DNA of 42,953 nucleotides from Nemertoderma westbladi. Taxonomy: Eukaryota > Animalia > Xenacoelomorpha. Positions 24,001 through 35,690 of the stretch are shown piece by piece (the stretch's first letter is position 1; every line of letters begins with the position of its first letter). The notes beneath the pieces were generated by a model that searched no databases, had not been told where the DNA came from, and saw only the letters and a list, made by a program, of their open reading frames with translations. The position numbers were made by a program, and so were the translations under genes. The DNA lies in NCBI GenBank assembly GCA_032718475.1, contig JAUCBJ010008028.1, positions 1-42,953 on the forward strand, in the 5' to 3' direction.

Positions 24001-27000
24001 AGCAGCGTCATCAAAGTCGCAGCCGCCATCTTAACATCCGATAATCTCTGTGTGGCGTCTGAGGGAGTTATATGACCCTGTAACAAAATTATTGTTGACA
24101 CATAATATGCAGTAAGTCTAAATGGCTGTTTCTCCTCTCTATGTAACAGCAAAGAATCTTAAAATTCTAACATTGCTATCGAACTAAATCATAACAATAA
24201 GACTTCCTAAATGCCCTTTACTACACAATGGTACTAACTTTAATATCGTACTTCGAGTGCAGTTGCTTAGCAATGTCATTGACGGCCGCATTCTGGGTCT
24301 CTAAATCGATTAGCCAGACTTTATTTCTTACCAACTGTTGATCCACATCCATGGCAGCTGCCTCCCGCCGAACTTGGTAATCTGGGGAGAATCCAATTGT
24401 AATGGTGTAACAATAATTAAATAAAATAAAATAGACTTATGACTCAGGATTTATAACGGCCGATCTTTCACCTAACAAACTTCCAGTGAAGTTACGATTC
24501 CAAATAAACTGTAATTTAATACAGAGATCGGCTTTCTATATACAGTATCATCTAACTCACCAGCATTTTTAATCCAAGAAGCGATTTTATTAATGGCATC
24601 CAGTACAGTTGTTCGATCTTTCGCCTCCGCCTTCAATTCTCTACCTCTTCTATCAGCCATGCCTCGCAAAGCCTTCACGCGATCAGTAACGTCTTCAATG
24701 TCTCGATTAATGACGTCACTAGGTCCTACCTGGGATACCAATTCGTTTGCTGCGTGTTTAGCTTCCTTTAGCTTGTCCTCGGCTCTGTCGATATCCACTA
24801 AGAAATCTTTCAGTTTCCCCGATTGTGATAAAATTTCGTCTGAAAACAGTAACATTTGATATAAGATAAGGCATTTCATTCCCCGAATTAGAAACAACCA
24901 GATTTATGTGAGGCCATGTTGATTTGGCCACATGTTACAGACATAATTATAGTTTTTATTACCCTAACAACAATAGGTGCTACTGGAATTTTAGGTCATT
25001 AAAAAGTATTATTTTGCGGCGGCATGTTATCTATCATCAGAGGTAAGAACAGAACACAAAATATCCGCTGACGATAGAGGGGTTCAGTGATTTATGTTAT
25101 TCTGCCGAGTGATTTAGCCATTAATGAGTATTGATGATAAAAAGTCTGGGATTGAGCTCGTTTGCGAACGAAACGCACGAGTGTGATGCGCACTGATTGT
25201 TTGGTTGATACTACCTACAGTACCGCCGGGGTGCCAGGAAATGATCACTATAACAAGAAACATAGTTAGAACATCATCGACCCTACTTGTGAAGGATTAT
25301 AACGTTATTTTAATTAGGCCTATAGGCTAGGGGCAACCGGATGGATAGGTCTAATATTGTGTCTAGAAGTCAATAAGGGGGGCATTAACAGCTCCTTATA
25401 TTCGACAGTTTAAGGATACGAGAATATATAATCTTTATTGTAGTTGTGTAAAAATGGTAACATTATGAAACGACTGGTAATAAAAAACCGAATTCATTTC
25501 CAATTTAATCTCTCTAAGTTACCTGTAGTAATCTAAGTTGAATGAGCATAAAAAGTAATTTGAAGAACGTATGAAAAGGTAGAGAAACGTTATTCCACTT
25601 TAAGAGTTTAAATGGTTACTGTAACGCCAATCCTAATCCTTAAGTCATATGCTCTAAATTAGGCCGAAGTAGATTTGCTACATTATGTCAAAATATTATG
25701 GCTCCGGTGACAACGATGTAACGCTGAAAAGTACATTTTTGCTGAGTTGCGTCATACAGATAGTCCAATGAACGAAGCGATTTTCAATAGTTTCAGCTCT
25801 CAGCAAATACCTTTCTCATTGTTTGAGTTCAAATCCGGAATCCGTTATTGGCGATGCATTGAATTCAATTCGCCAGAAAATTCGCATAGAAAAGGCTGAA
25901 TCGGGGCGATCGAAATAAGTAACATATTTACAGATAAACCCTGACCTTCAACGCCCAAAAGCTTATAATAGAAAATACAGCCAGACAGATACCCACGCGC
26001 ACAACCTCACATCGTAGCGAACGTATGCTTATGTGGGGGCGGTATGTACATCACTTTATGTTACAAGGCGACGTGTTTAATTAACAACATTAGACTAGAG
26101 CTGAAATCTTGGGGCAAAGTCCTCATTACGTATCATCATAAAGCTGCTTAATGAAAGAACCAGGTAGCCCAATACGTTCAACAACAAACTTTTTTTGAAC
26201 GCACGTAAAATACAAAAAGTAAATAGACTCTGGATGTTTAAAGTTTAAATGAATTACCATAAATTTATTTGTATTATTTATGTCCCAGTAAATCTGACTT
26301 ACTTATTTACAACCATGGATACAATCTATTAATAGTTTTTATAGTGCCACATTGTAACTCATCTATCTAATTTCATTTTGAAACCCGCAAGTTAACTTAG
26401 TTTACATCCATGTTTATCCGTCAGCACCATCACATCACCTACTACTACACGACTATTACAATAGGCAAGCTGCATTGGAACTGCACATTGAGATGCCATG
26501 CTGGCTTAAAAAAATACTTTTGCTACTCCCATGCAATCCACAATTGGCATGCTCCAATGTAGCGTGCATTAAGAATGTTGTGCCGGCTTGTAAACCACAT
26601 TGCACCGCCACAACTCCCTATCACCCATGACATTTACTAGATCATCCGCATCTTCAAGGCCAGTGTCCTTTAAGATGCGTCTCAAGAAAGTCATGGGCTG
26701 TCCACCATGCTTATTCACTCCATGAGGCTGCCAAAGTACAAGATTATGCACTGGCTAGTCCTCATGGCGAAAGCAATGTCCTGCAAAGCGGAGGCGATTT
26801 TGTTCTAGTGTCAAGCTTGGGGGAATCAATGAGACACCTCCAATGTTATATAGTGTCTGGTTGGAGATGTGTGCATTGTACTTGACACAATGAACCTGGC
26901 GTAGCATTCTTGTGAATGTGCCATCCAGAGATTTGGTGTCCTCAGCAGTTAGAGCCCAGCATGGACTCCCGTAGAGGAGTATTGGAACGACTGCTGCTCT

Positions 27001-30000
27001 AAATAATCTGACCTGAAAACACGGCGATGGATAAAAGTAAATAAATAAACAGATAATAAAATGAATAAATAAAGTATCTTTATATTTTAATAGAATAGAA
27101 TATAAAATCTCTTTTTAAAGTTACAGTAACTAATAATCGTAGTCACACCAACCTGATGATAGATTCTCCACGGGTTTCGTTTTAACGTTCTCTTCCAACT
27201 GATGTACCGCGGTCCTTGCAGACTGGATGGCGTTGCCGTAGGCTTCCCTCAACCCCAGAAGTGTCTGCAACTCGGACTCAGATCGAACCGCGTCGGACAT
27301 TAGCGCCTCCCAGCGGTTGTTTAGCTTATTGCATAAATCCAGCATATTTGGATCTCCCAAACTCACGGCCAACTCCTGCAACGTTTGCAGCTCCGCTTCT
27401 TTCGCCGCTAACGCGCTCGCGATGTCCTGATTCAAACTCAACGCCTTACGAATGGCCGTGGGATCTGAGGTGTCCGACCGTAGCAGCTGTAATTTATCCG
27501 ACGTGTCATCCAAATATCGGGTGATATTCCCTAAAGTTCCTTCGAATTTACTTTTCAAACTTTTCTTAGAATTTAATTCTGATTCGCGATCCTTCAGTAG
27601 CAGAATAATTCGCGCTTCCAGCGACTTGAGTTGACTTAGTTTTTGGGATATGTTGCTTGGCAACGCGGAATTTTTCCCTAGGTAACGCTGTTTCTCTGAA
27701 TCAGCGAGAGAATGCGTTGGTTTCAGTTTGGTAGTGACGTCATTGCGTATCTGAGATATCAGTTTTAATTGTCGGTCTGTGTTGTGGGACATTGCCGAGT
27801 ACTGATTGGTTAATTCCCCCTCGACTGTGTGCAACCATTGGATAGACTTGCCAATTTGATCGGATAAAATTTGTCTCCTATTTATTTCATCGTTAAGAGA
27901 ATTTAATCTAAGAAATAAAACACAGTGGAACAATACCATTTGGTAACAAAAATTGGTAACTCGAATATAATATAGAAGTTATAGGCGAGACAAATAAAAG
28001 CAAAATAAAAATATTTCAATATTTTTAATACTAAGACAGATTAAAACAAATATTTTATAGACACATACAGACAGACATGTAATATAGAAAAATATAATAA
28101 ATTATTATAATTAAAATTAAAAGTCTCCCAGATAGAACTGAAGTTGGAACGCCAATAACGCAATAATGTTACTACAAACTAATAGTTTCATTTATAGCTA
28201 CTATTTTATGTGGCACGGAAAAGTATCTACCATGTAGTTGTTAGCTACATTTGCCTTATTGGATAATTAGATATATTGAACTTTTTCATAATTAGTAACT
28301 ATAATAAATAAGTAACAGACGCAAATCCAATCTCGACGAATTAATATCTCGCCGTAATTTTAAATTATCAAATAAAGGAAAGGAGCAGGTTGCAGTGGCA
28401 CGTTATTCTAACCAAAGCAATAAACTAAGTCAATAAAACAGGTTTCAGAATTATTTTTGGGAGTAATCAGCTGTTATTTGTGTCGATTTTCCTCTGAATG
28501 AATGACGTCGAAAGTCCCCCCCCCCCCCCCCCCCCCTATAGGCTGTAACTGCAAATTTGTACTTTTCAGAGTTTCATTCAAGGATATTCAACATCAAGGA
28601 TAGTAAACACTAGCCAATATGATAACATTTGTCCTATTGGCTACCAAAATAAACCGACCAATAACAAAAAGTAGCTACCAACTAGTTGGTCGGTAGTTTT
28701 TTCCTAATGATTAAATAGATGGTAGGACTTTCTCGTATCTCATAAAAAAAGTTGTAAAAAACATTATATCTTCCAACACATATCGTCGGATTACATCATA
28801 AACTAACCGGTGGTCTGTTTTCTCCTTGAGTTTCCTCTGCTGTTCCGTCAGCCGTTCCTCGCTCTTCTTCGTCTTTACGAGGTACTCTGTATCCCCAACC
28901 CGTTGCACCAGGTCCGTTACCGCCTTGCCGAGATTCCCAAGCTTCTGTTCAGCGTGATCCAGTTCCTCGTAGAGCCCCTTCACGTTGGCGAGTTCGAGGT
29001 TAAGTTCCCCGCCTCCGTAGCTCTCGACCGCCGTCCGACTAATCCGCTGCTCGACTCCCTCGATAATAGCGGACACCGAACGCGACGCCGATTGGTGCTG
29101 TTGCCACAGCGACAAACATTCCTCCAGGTTCCCCAAGCGATCATCCAACTTCGCTTTCAGCTTCTCCCACCTCAATCGAATAGATTCGTATTGAGTGAAC
29201 TCGAGTTCGCTACCGATTTCGTTGGCTAGTTCGCCTAGACCCTCCAACGTGTCGTCGTAGGAGAGTAACTCCGAGGTGTGCTGCTGATGTCGGGACACCA
29301 TGGAATACGCATCGTCGATCCCGGCCTGCTGGTAATCCTTCTCCCTTTCGCTGTTAATCTCAGATTTAGTTTTATCGATGGCTTTGTTGATCTTTTCCAA
29401 GGCGTCGTGGAATCTCTGACGCAGATCTTTCGCTTGGTTCGCGTTCGACTCGAGTTCTCGGAGTCGGATCTCTATGCTCGTTTCCGCGGCTCTCAACTCC
29501 GCCATCTTGGCGGCGACGAATGTCGGCAAACTGCAACCCTTCGCCATGTACCTCCGCTGCTCGGCGTCGACGTAACTCTGTAGTTTACTCATCCTTCCTG
29601 AGAGTTCCGAGCGGATTTCATTATTCCTTGCGGCGAATGCATCCGGCTTTAACGTTTCATCAATGCTATCCACCTCAACGCTAATAACATCTAGGAAGTT
29701 CTTGGTATTCGCGAGTTCTCTCTGTAGATTCTCTCTAGCCGAGAGTTCGGCCGATAAAGATGAATGTCTCATAGCCAGGGACTGAGTTACCTTAGTGTAT
29801 CTCTCTTCCAGTGTATCTATCTGGTGTTTTACTTGGAGTATCCCCGAGTTACTCCCAATCTTAGAGGATAGACTCTCGTAAGCGGCGTGAGAGTGGCCGA
29901 TGTAAGTAGCCCCGGTGTCCCCCTCAGTGCAGAGCGCCCTCGTGTGGCTAACCTCCGCAGCTATCTCCTTAGTTCCACAGGCCTCCGCTGGGCTGTGCAC

Positions 30001-33000
30001 AAGCCGCTGCTCGAGGTTAGAAACAAAAGTTGTTGCTGATTGGAGAGCTAAAGACATTTGTTGCCATAGTGATAGGCAATCGGAGAACCACTGCTGTCTG
30101 TCGCCGGCTTTGGATTCCAACCTCCTCCACCGGTCGTGCAACATCGCTATCTCGTTGGCATCCAACGACTCTTCCCCATCTTCCTCGTCGCAATCGCCGT
30201 ACCTCGCCGCTAGAATCTCGATATCTCCTTCGATGTTCGCGAATTCGCCCATCACCGTCGCGTATTGACCCAACTGGGCCTCGGACTCCCCCAAACTCGT
30301 CTGGGACGCGGCGAACCCAGCCGTCGACGAATCCATAGCGGCTTCGAACTCGCGCAACTTCGCGTCGATCGCCCGAACGGATTCCTCGTAGTTCTGCTTC
30401 TCGGATTTGAGCGCGAGCAACGCGTTCTCCCGATCTCGCAACTCGCCGGATAGAACCGCCTCCAACCCGCGAATCTCCGCTAGTTTGTGCACAATCTCGG
30501 CGCAGGGGGGCGTCGCGGTCGTGTATCGCTGCATGTGGAACGCGGACATCTGCTTCACGTTGCGCGAGTTGTGAAGCAGCGCGGTCTTCGTGTCCTGAAT
30601 GTGTTTAATGGCGTCGGCGATTTGGTTCACAGATACCGATGACGGTACTCTTGTAGATGTTTGCACTCTCGCTTCATTCAACCAGCCAACGTGTTCCCGT
30701 AGTTGCACTAAAACCGATTCTCTGTCTTCCGTTTCTTTAAGCAACGCTTTAAGCCGCCCGCCGATCCTCGCCTGCAACCCGTTGTACTTCTCCTTAACTT
30801 CTTTCAGTTCTGAACGGACCTTACCGGTAGCCTCAGAGTAGCCTAGATGCTTCATAAGTTCAGCGCCGGTGTCCATGCATTGCGATATACTAATGGTATT
30901 TAGCGACATCTGCGTATCTCGCGTTTTCGACACGCTCAATGCCAACTCCTCTGTTGAATAAATTTCTGCAGACAGACGGGGTGTTTTCTGGGAGAGGTTG
31001 TTGAGTTGCGAGTTGAGAGATTCCAATTCCTGTTGGTAACATTGCCACAAGTTCACCATCTAAAATGAAAATAATTAATTAAATATATATTTTTGTTAAC
31101 CCCCCTATCTGCGTGAAATTAATTGTTTCAGTTTTTGAGGTAGGCCTATTTCATGACAAGGTTGTTATTTAAGTAAACTTAGTACTTGTAGTACTCCACG
31201 CAGTAGTATGAAATGATTATAAAATGAAAGTTAATCAAATAATTAAAGTAAATATGGCGCGAGATTTTACAATTTAATCTAAATAAAATTTTTCATAAGA
31301 AACTGACTGTAGGATAAGACATAAAATAATATATTGTTTTTTACTTTCGGATTAACTTTATCATTCATGATAAATGAAAAAATTAAAAACGCATAAATGA
31401 GAATTTATAGTTTTTAGTATTAAGTCAGAATCAGAAGCAAGCAAGCAAAGCAAACAGTCGGCCGAGGCCGGAGGCAACCCGAAGGCTCCTCTTTCGATAG
31501 CTGCTACCCGAGGGTAGGGGTGGGCGCTACTCCTATCTGCTACCCGATGGTAGCGGTGGGCGCTACTCCTATCTGCTACCCGAAGGTAAGGGTGGGTGCT
31601 ACCCGAAGATATGGGTGGGCGCTACTCCTATCTACTACCCGAAGGTAGGGGTGGGCACTACTCCTATCTGCTACCCGATGGTAGCGGTGGGCGCTACTCC
31701 TATCTGCTACCCGATGGTAGCGGTGGGCGCTACTCCTATCTGCTACCCAAAGGTAGTGGTGGGCGCTACTCCTATCTGCTACCCGAAGGTAGGGGTGGGC
31801 GCTACTCATATCTGCTACAAGAAGGTTGGGGTGGGCGCTACTCCTCTCTGCTACCCGAAGGTAGGGGTGGGCGCTACTCCTATCTGCTACAAGAAGGTTG
31901 GGGTGGGCGCTACTCCTCTCTGCTACCCGGAGGTTGGGGTGGGCGCTACTCCTATCTACTACCCGAAGGTAGGGGTGGGCACTACTCCTATCTGCTACCC
32001 GATGGTAGCGGTGGGCGCTACTCCTATCTGCTACCCGATGGTAGCGGTGGGCGCTACTCCTATCTGCTACCCAAAGGTAGTGGTGGGCGCTACTCCTATC
32101 TGCTACCCGAAGGTAGGGGTGGGCGCTACTCATATCTGCTACAAGAAGGTTGGGGTGGGCGCTACTCCTCTCTGCTACCCGAAGGTAGGGGTGGGCGCTA
32201 CTCCTATCTGCTACAAGAAGGTTAGGGTGGGCGCTACTCCTCTCTGCTACCCGGAGGTTGGGGTGGGCGCTACTCCTATCTACTACCTGAAGGTAGGGAT
32301 GGGCGCTACTCCTATCTGCTACCCGAAGGTAGGGGTGGGCGCTACTCCTATCTGCTACCCGAAGGTAGGGGTGGGCGCTACTCCTATCTGCTACCCGAAG
32401 GTAGGGGTGGGCGCTACTCCTATCCGCTACCCGATGGTAGGGGTGGGCGTTACTCCTATCTGCTACACGAAGGTAGGGGTGGGCGCTACTCCTATCTGCT
32501 ACACGAAGGTAGGGGTGGGCGCTACTCCTATCTGCTACCCTAAGGTAGGGGTGGGCGCTACTCCTATCTGCTACCCGAAGGTAGGGGTGGACGCTACTCC
32601 TATCTGCTACCCGAAGGTAGGGGTGGACGCTACTCCTATCTGCTACCCTAAGGTAGGGGTGGGCGCTACTCCTATCTTCTACCCGAGGGTAGGGGTGGGC
32701 GCTACTCCTATCTGCTACACGAAGGTAGGGGTGGGCGCTACTCCTATCCGCTACCCGATGGTAGGGGTGGGCGTTACTCCTATCTGCTACACGAAGGTAG
32801 GGGTGGGCGCTACTCCTATCTGCTACACGAAGGTAGGGGTGGGCGCTACTCCTATCTGCTACCCGAAGGTAGGGGTGGGCGCTACTCCTATCTGCTACCC
32901 GAAGGTAGGGGTGGGCGCTACTCCTATCCGCTACCCGATGGTAGGGGTGGGCGTTACTCCTATCTGCTACACGAAGGTAGGGGTGGGCGCTACTCCTATC

Positions 33001-34845
33001 TGCTACACGAAGGTAGGGGTGGGCGATACTCCTATCTGCTACCCTAAGGTAGGGGTGGGCGCTACTCCTATCTGCTACCCGAAGGTAGGGGTGGACGCTA
33101 CTCCTATCTGCTACCCGAAGGTAGGGGTGGACGCTACTCCTATCTGCTACCCTAAGGTAGGGGTGGGCGCTACTCCTATCTTCTACCCGAGGGTAGGGGT
33201 GGGCGCTACTCCTATCTGCTACACGAAGGTAGGGGTGGGCGCTACACCTATCTGCTACACGAAGGTAGGGGTGGGCGCTACACCTATCCCTTGTTTTACT
33301 CCAAGTAATTTAACTGGTACTCATTTATCTTATCCACTTTATCGAATCCAGTGGATGAAAGGCTGAGTGGACCCTGGCGGGGTTGAACCTACAACCAATA
33401 GACTGCAGGACCGGCGCTCAACCAACTAAGCTACTCGGCCTTTTAAAAGCACAACGGTGTATAAATAAACGTGTCCGATACCTGTTCTAGGGTGCGCCCT
33501 CTCTCTTCCACAGCGTCTGTAAGTTTCATCCACCTGTTCTCTACACCTCCCATCCGATCGTCGGCGTTCTCATTGTTTCCCAGGGCTGACGCCTTCATCC
33601 GCAGATCGTTCATTACTTCGGCAATCTCGCCTATCATCGGCCCAAGTTCTTGGTGAACGGCCAGTCTTTCATTGGATTCCTGCATCCCATCCATTGTCTC
33701 TATGTCAGACGACGTCTCCAATAGTTTGTCTTCAACGTTCAACATCAAGTTATTCGCCTAAAAAAGGAAATATTAAATCAATTCAATTATTGGAAAGGGT
33801 CACATCTACAGCATTAATATGCCGCCACATAAATTGTGGGGCGAGCCACGAAGTTGGCGGAGCCTTAGCGAATTGACACTGTTAGGGGGTGGGTCAATTT
33901 ATGCAAATAGTTGTCGTCGTCGTCGTCGTTGTCGTCGTCGTCGTCGTTGTCGTCGTCGTCGTCGTTGTCGTCGTCGTCGTCGTTGTCGTCGTCGTCGTCG
34001 TTACGATTTTGACATGCTAATAACTTTGTCGGATTTAAAGCTGCCAAGTTGAAAATTTGTAGGTATCAATATGAGCAAAAGTTGAGATTTTTGAGAGACT
34101 TTCAGACACCATCAGTGCAATGGTCTCCCGTTAGAGGGCCACATGTCTAAACATTAAATGCCCTCCCATTTCTTTGCTTTTAATCCGCTTAAGCTGAAAC
34201 TTGGCAGATATGTATTAGACCATTAGCTGTGACTTTCAAAGGAGGCGAATCCATCTGCAGTTCTCCAGTCTGCCGCTAGAGGGCCAACGTGACTATTTGC
34301 ATAAATTGACCTACCCCCTAACAGTTTCAATTCGCTAAGGCTCTGCCAACTTCGTGCTGCGCGAAGTCCCCACTTCGTGTTAAGTAATATTAGGTGTTTC
34401 CTGGTGTTTCTATTTATTACACGTACCCGGTATAGCTTAGTATTGCTCTATTTTACAAGTAATTTTCACTCCATTTTCTTCCGTATTTTCATTCTCTAGT
34501 TTATTTCGCTTCATTTATTTAGGCGGGTGCCACATTTTAGTCCTAGATGGAAAACCCGCATTTTCTAATTTCGCGTTTTTTTGTCACAATCCCAGATAGG
34601 GAGGGGGGGGGGGGGGGGGGGGGGGGGGGAACTGGACGCAATAAAAATTAATCTCTCTCCAGGGTAAATTCGACGCAAATAACAGCTGATTACTCTCAAA
34701 AATAAAACTGTAACCTGTTCTATTGTGTTTAGTTTATTGTTTTGGTTAAAATAACGTGCCATCTGTAACCTGCTCCTTTCCCTAAATTGAGAATTTAACA
34801 TTGCGGCGGGATATTAATTCGCCAAGATGGGAGGGATTTGTGTCC

Positions 34846-34879
<34 letters not shown>

Positions 34880-35217
34880 TCTCCACAATCCACAGCTATA
34901 GCAATACTACAGATGTCTCTGAATTAAACCTACATTTGGTGCCAAGTTTGGTGCTAGTCTAGCCTGGCTAGTAGGTGTTCTAGTCTGACAACCTGTACAA
35001 ACCAATTTACACGTTTGTAAAATAATAAATATTATAACGTTACATGGTGCAGCGCTTCTTGGTAAATGACTAAGACGTCTTTGGTTTGGTTGAGTTGATT
35101 GTTGAGACCTTTTAGAATGCCGTCTAGAGTTCGTGATGCCGCTTTAATCTCGTTCACTTTACTTGATATGGGAGGCGGGAGGGCAGATCCTGTGTATCGC
35201 CGTTGTAATCTTGTCGT
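3001..35217 (-). CDS. Giant spectrin-repeat rod protein (nesprin-1/MSP-300-like), internal part, 22 exons, partial at both ends
   Basis: Exons 5'->3' on minus: 35044-35217, 33482-33757, 28808-31059, 27153-27907, 24561-24839, 24239-24381, 23912-24077, 23403-23635, 22416-22580, 21912-22054, 21345-21537, 20899-21104, 20671-20800, 20146-20352, 19354-19458, 19018-19160, 18676-18859, 17491-17613, 17081-17231, 3801-3979, 3314-3520, 3001-3194. All have AG acceptors, GT donors (one GC) and matching phases; 6608 nt open. The protein has spectrin-repeat signatures (WL..aE, RW..L, LW..Y). No CH or KASH domain is in the window, so nesprin versus other spectrin-repeat families is inference. Confidence 0.88.
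4813..11134 (+). CDS. SMYD: SET and MYND domain lysine methyltransferase (SMYD family), 6 exons, ~649 aa
   Basis: Exons 4813-4974, 5462-5681, 5816-6000, 6141-6553, 6660-6787, 10293-11134; phases match. SET-N (HGKGILS..ELMTELP), MYND insert ([24 protein letters not shown]), SET-C (FNHSC, ELYLAY), post-SET (FFCECLRC) and a second C-terminal MYND. Exon 1 is the least certain (GC donor). Confidence 0.88.
7985..9340 (+). CDS. TUBA: Alpha-tubulin, intronless, divergent, 451 aa
   Basis: Intact ORF with [76 protein letters not shown]; AATAAA at 9439 and 9556. Confidence 0.97.
   Translation: MSTVAREVMSVHVGQCGSQVGNACWELFCMEHGIEPNGKIANDNKVVDNSFQTFYNETAAGQYVPRALFVDLEPTVIDEIRTGTYKALYHPEQLITGKEDAANNYARGHYTVGKELIDVLLDRIRKSAEGCSGLQGFMVFHSYGGGTGSGFTSLMLERLAIDYGKKSKFHLPIYPSPEISTAVVEPYNSVLTTHCTMENADCAFLLDNTACYEICQKNLDVERPTYSNLNRLIVQVVSALTSSLRFEGCLNVDLCEFQTNLVPYPRIHFPLASYAPILSNEKAHHEQMTIHEITSKCFDRENQMIKVDTRAGKFMACCMLYRGDIVPKDINAAINFMKNKADVKFVDWCPTGFKVGINFQPTTIVPGSEMAKTQRSVCMLTNTTALMDVWSRLNTKFDMMYAKRAFIHWYVGEGMEEGEFSDAREDMAALERDYEEVGLDTVTVQDEYEEA
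11918..12098. mobile_element. Fold-back palindromic element (MITE-like)
   Basis: Arm tacatacttgt..actttacagtgtt.tgatcc..gtggcttt pairs with aaagccac..ggatca.aacactgtaaagt..acaagtatgta. Confidence 0.65.
12385..12710 (-). mobile_element. RTE-like LINE 3' fragment (family A, diverged copy)
   Basis: [21 protein letters not shown]; homologous to copies at 17.9, 26.6 and 38.9 kb. Confidence 0.7.
13013..17036 (+). mobile_element. tRNA-derived SINE with internal satellite expansion
   Basis: A box ggtctagtgg (13023), B box ggttcgatcc (13065); head and tail (ctaaaagattctcccattcat) match the copy at 35691-36183. Confidence 0.8.
13203..17000. repeat. 63-bp minisatellite, ~60 copies
   Basis: Unit GGAAACAGAGTGGAAGGGTTTACTGTGGAAGATCACCCATGGTGGTGAACAGGCATTCCTTTA, head-to-tail, no spacers. 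Confidence 0.97.
17690..18451 (+). mobile_element. RTE-like LINE 3' fragment (family B), interrupted by a family A insertion
   Basis: [20 protein letters not shown]...[14 protein letters not shown]...GRP; (TAG)n tail; near-identical to the reverse complement of 42498-42953. Confidence 0.85.
17890..18172 (-). mobile_element. 5'-truncated RTE-like LINE (family A) with 9-bp target-site duplication
   Basis: [26 protein letters not shown] on minus; flanked by atggtacta at 17881-17889 and 18173-18181. Confidence 0.85.
21651..21733. repeat. 21-bp tandem repeat x4
   Basis: gccttttgcgtcgattttccc repeated four times. Confidence 0.92.
22080..22245 (+). repeat. Dispersed repeat family C copy
   Basis: ggaaaggagcag..ttctaaccaaa..gagtaatcagct..gcgtc.attttcc.ctggagagagattaat shared with 28318-28535 and, inverted, 34600-34880. 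Confidence 0.7.
22779..23398. repeat. (GGTC)n microsatellite, ~155 units
   Basis: Apparently perfect 620-bp tetranucleotide run. Confidence 0.98.
26440..27012 (-). mobile_element. RTE-like LINE 3' fragment (family A, longest copy)
   Basis: [21 protein letters not shown]...[10 protein letters not shown]...GGQPMTF...DRELWR; in-frame stop at ~26756. Confidence 0.85.
28318..28535 (+). repeat. Dispersed repeat family C copy
   Basis: Aligns by eye with the reverse complement of 34650-34845; ends in poly-C. Confidence 0.72.
28808..31059 (-). CDS. Largest exon (2252 bp) of the spectrin-repeat gene
   Basis: Matches the 782-aa ORF; acceptor ttttag at 31060-61, donor gttagt after 28808; about 7 spectrin repeats. 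Confidence 0.92.
31424..33440 (-). mobile_element. tRNA-derived SINE with Deu/Nin-like central domain and internal satellite expansion
   Basis: Minus strand: ggccgagtagcttagttgg (A box), ggttcaaccc (B box), then actcagcctttcatcc...gataaatgagtacca; simple-repeat tail (ttgc)n. Confidence 0.78.
31501..33290. repeat. 36-bp minisatellite, ~49 copies
   Basis: Unit GTAGGGGTGGGCGCTACTCCTATCTGCTACCCGAAG, head-to-tail. Confidence 0.97.
33836..34373. mobile_element. Non-autonomous element with ~65-bp inverted repeats and an internal (GTC)n tract (MITE/HINE-like)
   Basis: 33847-33911 is the near-perfect reverse complement of 34292-34356; (GTC)n with an 18-bp period at 33911-34002. Confidence 0.75.
34600..34880 (-). 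repeat. Dispersed repeat family C copy flanked by poly-G and poly-C
   Basis: Inverted copy of the 22.1-kb and 28.4-kb sequences. Confidence 0.72.
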
Positions 35218-35690
35218 CTATAAAGATAAAGAGTATTCATTAATTATTAATATTTAATAATATTCGTATTTAATCATTATTACAGATGGCCTTTCCGGCA
35301 GACTATTTATTATTTTACTGTAATTTAACTGGTCTGAATATTGAATTAATGCGCTATTGATTAGAACGTATTTTTTGTGCAAATATAATTTCAATATTTA
35401 CTGCAGTTGCTATGAAAATAATAATTATTAATATAAAATTTTAAAAACTCAATATTACAATTGCCATTACAAAGAATTTACAGAAGATTTGCAGCGAGAT
35501 TATATAAAAACACAATTATTAACATTACAATGATAGAAAATGTAAATAGAAAATAAAACCGACAATTAAACTTTAAAAAAGCAATGATATATATTTTTGT
35601 GGGTCGATATTATTTTTTATTCTGGAAAATAAATTTATCCTCGGGATGAAATCTTAGTTATTATTTTTGTTATATTTATAAACTAAAATA

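Noticed and set aside
26750-27020. Exonisation of the RTE fragment through the ttttcag acceptor at 27013
   Set aside because: A phase-1 join from the upstream exon stops within 5 codons, and the RTE frame has its own stop.
31501-33290. 36-bp repeats as a CRISPR array, or the 583-aa ORF as a repeat protein
   Set aside because: Units abut with no unique spacers, the context is eukaryotic, and the ORF arises from a stop-free 36-bp unit inside a SINE.
33819-34052. Poly-Arg/poly-Asp ORFs
   Set aside because: Products of the (GTC)n tract in a repeat element.
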